Shown here piece by piece: positions 46,503 to 56,400 of a DNA stretch of 64,000 bases. The stretch lies in IMG/VR virus record IMGVR_UViG_3300037755_000799. One strand, written 5' to 3'. The number at the start of each line of letters is the position of its first letter. Positions within the stretch are counted from its first letter, which is position 1. Source of the DNA: an uncultured virus (IMG/VR IMGVR_UViG_3300037755_000799) (taxonomy: Duplodnaviria > Heunggongvirae > Uroviricota > Caudoviricetes). The translations under genes were made by a program, and so were the position numbers. The notes beneath the pieces were generated by a model that saw only the letters and a program-made list of their open reading frames with translations, was not told the origin of the DNA and ran no database searches.

Positions 46503-46961
46503 ATGCCACTCGACATCAGCACCCCCCGCGATGTGCTCACCTCCCACGGGCAGGCCCTCGGCATCTTCGGACAGGTCCTCAAGCACGAGCCGCTGTCCTC
46601 ACCCGGCAGCGGACTCACCTACGCGGTATGGGGCGGCGACATCGATCCGCTACCGGCCGCGTCCGGGCTCGCGTCGACGAGCGTCCGCGTCATCTTCAAC
46701 GGCCGCATCTACCTGCCCGCAGACACCGAACCCATGGACGGAGTCGACGTCCAACTGACGAACGCGGCCACCGACCTGATGAGCACGTACACGGGCGACT
46801 TCACGCTCGGCGGCAGCGTCCGCAACATCGACCTCCTCGGCGAATTCGGAGACCGCATGCGCGCCCGCCTCGGCTACCTCGACATCGGGTCCACGACCTA
46901 CCGGATCGCGACCCTCACGATTCCGACAGTCTTCTCCAACGCGTGGGGACAGGTGGCGTGA
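46503..46961 (+). CDS. Tail terminator-like protein
   Basis: HEPLSSPG, GDFTLGG.VRNIDLLG; position. Confidence 0.65.
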   Translation: MPLDISTPRDVLTSHGQALGIFGQVLKHEPLSSPGSGLTYAVWGGDIDPLPAASGLASTSVRVIFNGRIYLPADTEPMDGVDVQLTNAATDLMSTYTGDFTLGGSVRNIDLLGEFGDRMRARLGYLDIGSTTYRIATLTIPTVFSNAWGQVA

Positions 46962-48350
46962 ATGACGATCAGCAACGGGCTCGGGCAGGCCTTCTACTAC
47001 GGCGGCTACGACCTGTCCGGTGACACCGGCTCCGCCGACGACATCGGCGGCGGCCTGGTGGGCACCCAGGACATCACAACCATCGACCTGTCCGCGTACA
47101 AGCGGATCGGCCTGCTGCGGGACGGCCGGATCTCCTGGGGCGCATTCTTCAACGACGCCACGGACCGCGCCCACGACCAGCTCGGCGCACTGCCCACCGC
47201 GGACCGGCACCTGATGTGGGCAACCGGCAGCGCGATCGGTGACCCAGCGGCCTGCCTGGTCGCCAAGCAGATCAACTACGACTTCACCCGGCCACAGGAC
47301 GGCTCCCTCACGATCGCCGTCAACGCGCAGGGCAACGCCTTCGGCCTGGAATGGGGCGACCTCCTCACCGCACAGCAGCGCACCGACACCGGCGCCACCA
47401 ACGGCACCGCCGCCGTGTTCGGCTACGACGGGGAGGACTTCCTTTTCCTGTCCGGGACGTCCGGCGACTACGCCTCCACCCCCGACGCGGCCAGCCTGGA
47501 CATCACGGGAGACCTGGACCTGCGGGTGCGGGTCGCGATGGATGACTGGACGCCGGCGGCGGAGTCGACGCTGATCGCGAAGTATACGGCGACCAGCAAC
47601 CAGCGGTCGTATGCGCTGGCGGTGACGACGGGCGGCAATCTGATTTTCCGGTGGTCGGAGGACGGGACGGTCGAGCTGACGGAAACATCGTCGGCTGCGA
47701 CCGGGTTCACGGATGGGACGACGCACTGGGTGCGGGCGACGATCGACGTCGACAACGGGTCGTCGGATGCGGACGTCGTGTTCTACACGTCGGAGGACGG
47801 GGTGACGTGGACGCAGTTGGGGGCGACGCAGAGCAACGGGTCCACCACGTCGATCTTCGCCTCGACGGCGGTGCTGGAGGTCGGTGCGCAGACGGCGGGC
47901 ACCGTGAACCGGCTGGCGGGCAAGTTCTTCCAGGGTGAGGTGCTGTCCGGGATTGCTGGGTCGTCGGTGGCTGCGCCGGTCGCTTCTGTCGCGGATGACG
48001 ATGTGTCGGATGCGACGCCATTGACGTGGACGGTGCAGGGCGACGCGTTCATCTCCTCCCACACCGTGCACGGGGCGCAGGCCTACTTGCAGGCGTTCAG
48101 CTTCGCGGGCACCGACGCCACGGTGAAACTCCAGCACTCCCACGACAACGGTGGCGAGGACGCGTTCGCGGACATCACGGGTGGCGGGTTCACGGCGATC
48201 GGGTCGGCTCCGACGGTGGAGCGGATTGCGGTGGCGGCGGGGACGGAGATCCGCCGGCATGTGCGGGCGGTGACGACAACCTCGGCTGGATTCACAAGCC
48301 TGGTGTTCGCGGTGGCTGTGAACGTCAACATCACGGCGACAACGTTCTGA
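46962..48350 (+). CDS. Tail-tube-like protein with inserted LamG-like domain
   Basis: NGLG..DLSGD..DITTIDLSAYKRIGLLRDG; YASTPDAASLDITGDLD insert. Confidence 0.65.
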   Translation: MTISNGLGQAFYYGGYDLSGDTGSADDIGGGLVGTQDITTIDLSAYKRIGLLRDGRISWGAFFNDATDRAHDQLGALPTADRHLMWATGSAIGDPAACLVAKQINYDFTRPQDGSLTIAVNAQGNAFGLEWGDLLTAQQRTDTGATNGTAAVFGYDGEDFLFLSGTSGDYASTPDAASLDITGDLDLRVRVAMDDWTPAAESTLIAKYTATSNQRSYALAVTTGGNLIFRWSEDGTVELTETSSAATGFTDGTTHWVRATIDVDNGSSDADVVFYTSEDGVTWTQLGATQSNGSTTSIFASTAVLEVGAQTAGTVNRLAGKFFQGEVLSGIAGSSVAAPVASVADDDVSDATPLTWTVQGDAFISSHTVHGAQAYLQAFSFAGTDATVKLQHSHDNGGEDAFADITGGGFTAIGSAPTVERIAVAAGTEIRRHVRAVTTTSAGFTSLVFAVAVNVNITATTF

Positions 48351-48360
48351 GGAGGCTGTG

Positions 48361-48792
48361 ATGGGTGAGCCGTTTCGGCCGAATGATCCGCGGATGCCGG
48401 TGGAGTCGTACCGGACGTGGAGTGTGCAGTCCCGTCCGGACAAGCGGGTGAAGTCGGTGTGCGAGCGGGTGGGCTGCCCGCAGTGGCGCAGCGGCTGGGA
48501 GTCCGTCATCGACGAGTCGACCCCGCTGGGGAAAGGGCAGGCGGCGTTCATTCGCGGCTCGCGCCGCACGTTCCGGGAGCAGCGCACTGCGGTGGGGTTG
48601 ACGGTGTTCCGGTTCGAGTCCGGCCAGCGGTGCTTCGCCGATCACCAGACGATGCCGGAGCGGTACGTGGTGCGGGGTGGGGACTACCGGGCGAAGGTCG
48701 GCGAGGTGCGGGTGCATAAGCGGGCGTCGGACTGGGTGGAGCACGTGCAGCAGCACATGGGGCAGCTCCTCGATGAGCGGGACAAGGGATAA
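48361..48792 (+). CDS. Conserved phage hypothetical protein
   Basis: GGAGG RBS; CERVGC..W..GW, GQRCF..H. Confidence 0.75.
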   Translation: MGEPFRPNDPRMPVESYRTWSVQSRPDKRVKSVCERVGCPQWRSGWESVIDESTPLGKGQAAFIRGSRRTFREQRTAVGLTVFRFESGQRCFADHQTMPERYVVRGGDYRAKVGEVRVHKRASDWVEHVQQHMGQLLDERDKG

Positions 48793-48828
48793 CCGGATAG
48801 TCCGGTTTGACATAGGAGGGTAGTAATT

Positions 48829-49236
48829 GTGGCGATTGAGAACGGCTTGGGCTGGACGACGCTCGAAATTGACGATTCGGACACAACGGCGCGGGATATC
48901 CGCAGTTCCACGTTCAACCTGGACTGGACGATGCCGCGCGGCGTGTGGGACATCACCGCAATTTCACAGTCCGCGATGGCCCGGAACCTGCTGCTGGCCG
49001 ACTTCTCCGGCACGGCGGCGGGCGGCTTCGATGACGGGTCGAACTTGGCGCACGCCGTGTTCCGCACTGTCTCGTCCACGTCGGTGGAGCGGACGATGAC
49101 GATCGTCATCTCGGGTCAGACGCTGGCGAACGAGGTGCTCCTCACGGACTACGCGCTGACGCGTGCGCAGTCCGGCGAGTTCACGTGGTCGGTGCCGTTC
49201 CAGCTCGCGGACGGATCGGTACCAACTTGGGCGTAA
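48829..49236 (+). CDS. Major tail tube protein
   Basis: Directly upstream of chaperone; DITAISQSAMARNLLLAD; LADGSVPTW. Confidence 0.75.
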   Translation: MAIENGLGWTTLEIDDSDTTARDIRSSTFNLDWTMPRGVWDITAISQSAMARNLLLADFSGTAAGGFDDGSNLAHAVFRTVSSTSVERTMTIVISGQTLANEVLLTDYALTRAQSGEFTWSVPFQLADGSVPTWA

Positions 49237-49272
49237 CGGACATTCGTCTACCTACTGATTGGAGGTGCGGCC

Positions 49273-49671
49273 GTGGGATTCCGCGAGCAGCCCAACACCA
49301 TCACCCTCGCCTTCGCCGAGGACGACGAACTCCACGGCCTCGAAGCCACCTTGCAAGGCATGAGCATCGGCGAGTTCATGTCCTCCATGGGCTGGGATGG
49401 CGGCGACGGCGACGACACAGGCAAGACCATGGAGCGGTTCCACAAGGCGCTCATCTCCTGGAACCTCGAAGACGCCGACGGCCAGCCCATCCCCGTGAGC
49501 GCATCCCGCGAACGCCCCCACCGGCTGATCCTCCGCCTCAACAACGCGTACGTCGAAGCGTTGACGGGGGTCCACAAGTCCGACCCTTTGCCCGACAGCT
49601 CCACCTCTGGCGAGAACTCCCCGGCGCCCGCAATTCCGATGGCTCCCTTGTCGGAGAGCCAGGCCAGCTAG
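49273..49671 (+). CDS. Tail assembly chaperone (G-like)
   Basis: LISWNLED.DG.PIP; DPL over slippery C CCT TTG. Confidence 0.8.
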   Translation: MGFREQPNTITLAFAEDDELHGLEATLQGMSIGEFMSSMGWDGGDGDDTGKTMERFHKALISWNLEDADGQPIPVSASRERPHRLILRLNNAYVEALTGVHKSDPLPDSSTSGENSPAPAIPMAPLSESQAS

Positions 49672-49841
49672 CCCACGCCCGCTGGGTCCTCGGCCTGCTG
49701 CGCCAGTTCCCGAACTACACCTACACGACGCTCATGCAGGAAGACACCCGCTTCCTGCGCCTGCTCGCTGTTGAAGCCCTCGGCACACCCGACGAACCCG
49801 ACACCCTGGAAGGAGGCGACACATGGCCGGAGACGATGTAG
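49584..49841 (+). CDS. -1 frameshift extension of chaperone (GT-like)
   Basis: Open -1 frame PFARQ...VLGLLRQFPNYT...EDTRFLRLL to 49841. Confidence 0.7.
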   Translation, partial: PFARQLHLWRELPGARNSDGSLVGEPGQLAHARWVLGLLRQFPNYTYTTLMQEDTRFLRLLAVEALGTPDEPDTLEGGDTWPETM

Positions 49842-52800
49842 ACATTCGGGTCCGGGCTACCAGCGCGCAGGCGCAGCGGGCGTTCCGTGACCTGAAAGAC
49901 CAGGTCGCCGGGCTGAAGGGCGCGCTGATCCCGCTCGCGTCGGCGGCGGTCCCGGTCGCCGCATCCATGACGGCGGTGACGGCGAAGGCGGGCGGCGCAA
50001 CCCTGGCGGTGGCTGCGTTCGGTGCCGCGGTGGCCGGGCAGGTGTCGCATCTGTCGGCGGCAGCCGACGCGCAGACCAAGTACTCGGATGCGGTCGTCAA
50101 GTCGGGGCGCGGGTCGAAGGAAGCAGCCGAGGCGCAGCGGGCGATACAGGCCACGCTCGCGGCGATGCCCGTCTCGACGGCACGGGCCGCGGTCGGCCTG
50201 CAAACGTTGAAGAGCGGCTTCCAGGACTGGTCGGACTCCATAGCCGATTTCACGATGACGCCGGTGGAGAAGTCGTTCACGCTCCTCAACGAGCTGGTGC
50301 CGAAGCTGACGCCGATGGCGCGGGGCGCGTCCGAGCAACTGGACCGACTGGTGACAGTCGCCGGTGGCGCGGTGGGATCGCCAGGCTTCGACGCGTTCTC
50401 CGACCGGGTGTCCACCTTCGCGAACTCTGCGCTGAAGGACGCGGTCGACGGGATCATCGGCTTCTCGCGGGCCTTGTCCGAGGGGCGCGCGGACGGCCCG
50501 GTCAAGGCGTTCATGGACTACGCCGCACAGAACGGGCCCGCCGTGCGGGAGACGATGTCCACGCTCGGGGACGCGGTGGCCACGCTCGCGGAGGCGGCCG
50601 CGGACGCCGGCCCGGGGATGCTCACCCTCGTGAACGCGGCGGCCGGCCTGGTGGCTGCTCTGCCGCCCGGTCTGGTCACGGTGCTGATGCAGACCGCGGT
50701 GGCTTTGAAGGCCGTGTCGCTGGCGGGTGCGGGTGCGGCGGCGATTGCTAGTGGTGTGGCGGCGCTGGGGGCGCGGATCACAGCGTTGGGCGCGGCGTCG
50801 GCTGCTGCGGGCGGTGGCCTGGCGGGGTTCAATGCGGCGTTGAACACGCTGGGTACGGGCGGTAAGGCGATGCTCGCGGCCGGTGCTGTGGGGGCGCTGG
50901 TGCTGGTCATGCATCAGTTGTCGGACAACAAGGCGCCGGTGGCGGTGGATGAGTTGTCGACGTCGCTGAACACTTTGGCGACCACGGGCCAGGTGACGGG
51001 CGCGTTGAAGGGCAACTTCGACGAGATGTCCGCGAGCATCGCGATGGTGTCGAAGGGCGCCTCCGACAACAAGTTCTTGCAGCTCACCTCCGACATGGGT
51101 ACGTGGCTCGGGATTGCGACGGGCCCCAGCATTTCCGATGCGGTCAAGAACGTTGACGCGTGGGATAAGACGATGGCGAACAACGTCCGCTCGGGCAACG
51201 TTACGGAGGCGGCTGCTCAGTACGAGATCCTGCGTAAGGCGTGGCTTGCGGGCGACGGTGATCTGAAGGAGTTGGACGAGGCCACCAACGACTACAAGAA
51301 CGCGCTCGCGGACCAGGCGTTCGAGCAGGAGCACGCGGTTCAGAGCATGGGTGTCTTCGGGCAGGCGGCGTTGGATACGTCGGCGAAGTTGGAGGCGCAG
51401 AAGGAGTCCGCGGACGGGCTGCGCGCGAGCATCCTCGCCCTGAACGACGTCAACCGCAGTGCGCATGACGCGCAGACCCAGTTCGGGGAAGCACTGGACG
51501 GGCTCACCGCCTCCTTCAAGGAGCACGGTGCGACGCTGAGTGCCGACACTGAGGCAGGCCGGGCGAACCGTGATGCGATGTCCGCGGCGTCTGCGGCGCA
51601 GGATGAGCTGCTCGCCTCCGGGATCGCGGCGGGCGATTCGCTGGGGTCGATGACGAAGAAGTCCGAGGAACTCCGCGCCGAGATGATGCGCCTCGCTGTG
51701 GACGCCTTCGACGGGAACAAGAAGAAAGCCCGCGAGTACGTCGATGAACTGCTCGGCACTCCGAGCGACATCAAGACCCTGGTGAAGCTGGAGCGCGAGG
51801 AAGCCATCACCGGGCTGAAGGACGTCCAGGCCGAGATCGAGAAGACGCCGGGCGCGAAGAAGGTCACGGTGGACACCCTCAACGGTGCTGCGATCGCGGC
51901 GCTGGAGAAGGTCGGGCTGAAGACGAAGCAACTCCCCGACGGCAAGACGCAGGTGTTCACCGCGAACGGCCAGGCCCTCGGCCCCATCGGCTCGGTCCGG
52001 CAAGCCCTGGACAGCCTCAACGGCAAGACCGCCAACACGTACGTCAAGACCACCTACACCCGCCAGTACAACTACGCGGGCGTCGGCGCGGGCACCGCAC
52101 GCTCCGGCCTCGCCGCAGGCGGCCGCGTCAAGGGCTACGCAGACGGCGGTGAACTCCAGCACTTCCCCAACGGCGGCTACATCCAAGGGCCGGGCGGCCC
52201 GCGCTCGGACAGCATCCTCGCCACGATGGGGTCCGGGGCGATGGCCCAGGTGTCGGACACCGAGTACGTAGTGCAGTCAGCGGCGGTGAAGAAATACGGG
52301 GTCCAGTTCCTCGACGCCCTCAACCAGGGCCGACTGAAGGTGGCAGCACTTGCCCGCGGCGGCGTCACCAAGAAGGAACGCGAGGCGCGCAAGCAAGCCC
52401 GCGGTGAGCTGACCATCTCCCACTTCGGGAAGATGGCCGGCTTCCAGGACCCCGAGTTCCGCAACCAACTGTCCAGCGACGCGAACGACACCGTGATGGA
52501 CATGGTGAAACACCTCAACAAATGGCGCTCCGTCATCAAGAAGACGACGCACGGATTCGAGGAATCCCGGCTCACACGCTGGCTTGACCTGACCGGCAGA
52601 GCGCTGATCCGCCAGCAGGGCATTCTCGTGAAGACCAACAAGTCTTTGGAGAAGGCCAAGGACAAGCTCGACGGACTGAAGGACGCCGCCGGACAGCTCA
52701 AGAGCGGCGTGAAGTCGGGGATCATCAGCGGCGCCAACCTGACCCGCGCGGCGACGGCTGAGGACTCGCAGGTCACCATCAACACTCTCCTCAGTCAGGC

Positions 52801-53467
52801 CCGCGGGGACGCAGCGCAGGCCGGCGAGTTCGAAAGAGCGTTGGCGACGCTGAAGAAGCGTGGCGCGTCCGGCCGGGTCATTGAGCAGATTGCGGGCGCG
52901 GGCGTCACCGGCGGCGGCCTGGAGACGGCGCGCGCACTGCTGGGCGCAGACAAGGGGCAGATCAAGGAGCTCAACGTTCTCAACCAGTCCATCCGTCAGT
53001 CGGCGGACGACGCGGGTGACGTGGCCGCGGACGCCATGTACGGGGCTGGGATCAAGGCCGCGCAGGGTTTGGTGAAGGGCCTGGACAGCTACCGCAAGGT
53101 GATCGAAGCGGGCATGGAACGCATCGCCAAGAGCATGGAGCGGGGCATCAAAAAGTCGTTGAAGATCAAGTCTCCGTCGCAGGTGATGGAGACGATCGGC
53201 GAGCAGACCGCGGAAGGCTTCGCGCAAGGTATCCAACGCAACCGCAATGTGCAGCCGGCGTGGGCGTCGATGCTCAACATGCCCCGCGCCGGGTCGCGTG
53301 CTTCCGCACCAGCCGGCGGCACGGCCTCGTCGGGTTGGGGTGACCGCCCCGTGGCCGTCACGTTGCAGATCGGCAATACCGAGCTCGGTGAGGTCATCAT
53401 CGACCCGGTGCGGAAGGCGATTTCTACGCGGGGCGGACTCAAGCGCGTGTTCCCGAGGGACTTCTGA
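49823..53467 (+). CDS. Tape measure protein
   Basis: 1214 aa Ala-rich helical; GPGGPRSDSI, EYVV, KIKSPS. Confidence 0.92.
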   Translation: MAGDDVDIRVRATSAQAQRAFRDLKDQVAGLKGALIPLASAAVPVAASMTAVTAKAGGATLAVAAFGAAVAGQVSHLSAAADAQTKYSDAVVKSGRGSKEAAEAQRAIQATLAAMPVSTARAAVGLQTLKSGFQDWSDSIADFTMTPVEKSFTLLNELVPKLTPMARGASEQLDRLVTVAGGAVGSPGFDAFSDRVSTFANSALKDAVDGIIGFSRALSEGRADGPVKAFMDYAAQNGPAVRETMSTLGDAVATLAEAAADAGPGMLTLVNAAAGLVAALPPGLVTVLMQTAVALKAVSLAGAGAAAIASGVAALGARITALGAASAAAGGGLAGFNAALNTLGTGGKAMLAAGAVGALVLVMHQLSDNKAPVAVDELSTSLNTLATTGQVTGALKGNFDEMSASIAMVSKGASDNKFLQLTSDMGTWLGIATGPSISDAVKNVDAWDKTMANNVRSGNVTEAAAQYEILRKAWLAGDGDLKELDEATNDYKNALADQAFEQEHAVQSMGVFGQAALDTSAKLEAQKESADGLRASILALNDVNRSAHDAQTQFGEALDGLTASFKEHGATLSADTEAGRANRDAMSAASAAQDELLASGIAAGDSLGSMTKKSEELRAEMMRLAVDAFDGNKKKAREYVDELLGTPSDIKTLVKLEREEAITGLKDVQAEIEKTPGAKKVTVDTLNGAAIAALEKVGLKTKQLPDGKTQVFTANGQALGPIGSVRQALDSLNGKTANTYVKTTYTRQYNYAGVGAGTARSGLAAGGRVKGYADGGELQHFPNGGYIQGPGGPRSDSILATMGSGAMAQVSDTEYVVQSAAVKKYGVQFLDALNQGRLKVAALARGGVTKKEREARKQARGELTISHFGKMAGFQDPEFRNQLSSDANDTVMDMVKHLNKWRSVIKKTTHGFEESRLTRWLDLTGRALIRQQGILVKTNKSLEKAKDKLDGLKDAAGQLKSGVKSGIISGANLTRAATAEDSQVTINTLLSQARGDAAQAGEFERALATLKKRGASGRVIEQIAGAGVTGGGLETARALLGADKGQIKELNVLNQSIRQSADDAGDVAADAMYGAGIKAAQGLVKGLDSYRKVIEAGMERIAKSMERGIKKSLKIKSPSQVMETIGEQTAEGFAQGIQRNRNVQPAWASMLNMPRAGSRASAPAGGTASSGWGDRPVAVTLQIGNTELGEVIIDPVRKAISTRGGLKRVFPRDF

Positions 53468-56400
53468 TGGCGTTCCCTGAGACGATCCTGCCCATCCAGG
53501 TCGACATCAGCCTCGACGGCTCGACGTGGACAGACATCACGTCCGACGTGCGCCGCGCCCAGCAGATCCGCATCACCCGCGGCCGCTCGGACTGGGGCCA
53601 GCAGGTCGACTTCGGCCGCTGCTCGTTCGCCCTGTCCAACACCGACGGCACCTACTCCCCGCGCAACCCGGAGGGCATCTACTACGGGCAGATCGGCCGC
53701 AACACCCCGGTCAGGGTGTCGGTGAACACGGGCAGCGTGGCGCTCGATCTGCCCGGATCCGCCGACGACTACATCTCGACCCCGGACGCCGCAGCCCTCG
53801 ACATCGTCGGCGACATCGACATCCGTATCGACGCGACCCTTGCGAACTGGGTACTGCACGAATACCCGTCCGCCGGAGAGACCGCCTTCCCCACAACCGA
53901 ACTGATCGCGAAACGGGCTTCGGGGCAGGTGTCGTGGGGGCTGTACATCAGGCAGGGGCGACCCTATTTCGAGTGGACCACTGACGGATCCACGATCAAC
54001 ACGGCTCACTCCTCCTTCGATCTTCCACTGACCGCCTCGGGGCGTATCGCGCTGCGGTTCACCATGGACGTCGACAACGGCGCCAGCGGATTCGACATCG
54101 CGTTCTACACGTCGGACACGATCGACGGGACGTGGACGGAACTTGATTCCGGCACGACCGCGGGGACGACGTCGATCCACAGCGGAACAGCAGATCTGAA
54201 GATCGGCGACTGCGACGAGTCGGCTCTGCGGAAGCCGGCGCTGGGGCTGGTGCATGCTGCGCAGGTGTATTCCGGGATCGACGGGACGCTCGTCGCCAAC
54301 CCGGATTTCACCGCACAGTCGGACGGGGCCACGTCGTTCAACGACTCGACAGGGATCACCTGGACAGTCGCCGGAAACACGGAGATCACCAACAGGAAAA
54401 CGCGGTTCGTCGGCGAGATCGCCTCCTGGACTCCACGCTGGGAAACCGGCGGCCTCGATGTCGTGACCGAAGTAGAGGCCGCGGGTGTCATGCGACGTCT
54501 CGGCGTAGGCGTTGTCCCCACCAAGAGTGTGATGTACCGCGAGATGACGGCACCCGGTCGCATCGACGCGGGGATCGTCGCCTGCTGGCCGATGGAAGAC
54601 GGTGGGAGCGCCACCGAGTTCGCGTCCGCGTTTGACGGGCATCCGGCGATACAGATCACCGGCACGGTGACGCCGGCGGCGTACGACGACTGGGTGGCAT
54701 CCAGTGCGGTTGCGACGGTTGGTACGGGCTCGCTCAGGGTGTCGGTTCCGTCGTACACGGTCGACGCGTCAGGCCGCGGCCGCGTTGGCGTCTTTGTGAA
54801 AGTCCCTGCGGCAGGTGTGGTGTCGACGCAGCGGCTGCTCTCGATCTCGCAGAGCGGCACGGCACGGACATGGTCGGTGTTCGTCAACACTTCGGGGAAT
54901 CTCGATGTGCGGGCGTACGACGGTGACGGGACGCAGATCCATGCCTCCGGTTTCGGGGCGGACAGCGTCAACGGGCTGGAGAAATTCGTCCTGCTCATCC
55001 TGATCCAGGATGGCTCGGACGTCGACTACGAGCTTCTCGTCGTGGACATTGCCGACTCGCTGCTGACCGCTGTCCCGGACAATGCGTTCACCTCCTTCAG
55101 CATCACGGGAACAGTGGCCTCGTACACCACTGGTCGGTTCACGCAGATCCGGTTCGGTGAAGACGGTGCGATGAACAGCACCGCGATCGGACACCTGTCA
55201 GTGGGGAACGCGGCAACCTCACACACTGGCACCGCCGGCGCGCTGGTCGGCTGGACTGCCGAGGAGGCGCCGTCCCGGGTTGCCCGCATCGGCTCCGAGG
55301 AGGACATCCACGCCTATGCGACCGGGGCCGGCGATGAGCAGTGCGGGGCGCAGCCGGGGGGTACGGCGCTGGAGCTGATGCGGGCTGCGGACGACGTCGA
55401 CAAGGGCATCCTGGCCGAGCTGCGCAGTGTGCTGGGCGTCCGGCACGTCACCCGTGCATCGCTGTACGACCAGGCATCCGCGCTGACGCTGGATTACACG
55501 GGTGATGACGGGCTCGTGGCGCCGCTGGACCCGGTGGATGACGACCAGAACGTCACCAACGATGTCACCGAGGCCCGTGATGGCGGCTCGTCGGCGCGTG
55601 TCACTCTCGACACGGGGGCGTTGTCGACACTGGCCCCGCCGGACGGCATCGGCCTGTATGACACGTCGCATACGACGAACCTTTTGGACGACACGCAGCC
55701 GCTGCATCACGCCGGGTGGCGCCTCCATGTCGGTACGTGGGATGAGACCCGTCTGCCGCAGGTGACGGTGAACCTGGCGACCGCGCCGTCCAGTATCGAA
55801 TCTGCCACGGCTGTCGACGTCGGCTCCCGGATCCAGATCACGAATCCGCCGGTGTGGCTGCCGCCGGACACGCTGGATCTGATGGTGCAGGGCTACAGCG
55901 AGGTCATGGCCAATTTCGAGTGGACGGTCACCTATAACTGCACGCCGTACGGGCCGTGGCTGGTGGCGTGGGTCGGTGATGACGACACGGTGGAGCAGGA
56001 GCTGGAGTTCGCGTGGGCCGACACGGAGGGGGCGGAGCTGGCGGAGGCGCTGTCGACGACGGAGACGGACGTCGATCTGCTCACCACGTCGGGGCCGACG
56101 TGGACCGACGATGTGGGCGATACCCCGTTCGACTGGCGGGTGGGCGGCGAAGTCATGACCGTCACCGCACCGGGCGGCCTGCTGAACGAGAATCCGTTCT
56201 TCGACGCGGACACGACCGACTGGAGCGGGAACAACACGACGATCGCACGCTCCACCGCGCAGGTGCTTCCGCATCCACGCGCTGTCGCGTCGTTGCTCAT
56301 CACGCCGAACGGGTCATCCGCCACTGGTGATGCCCGCTGTACACAGACAGCGGTCGGCAGCATCCAGCCCGGGGCTTCCTACACGGCGTCTTTGTGGGCG

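Noticed and set aside
47440..54400. Possible diversity-generating retroelement (template/variable repeat) from the duplicated tail module
   Set aside because: The copies differ at many non-adenine positions and no reverse transcriptase is present in the window.
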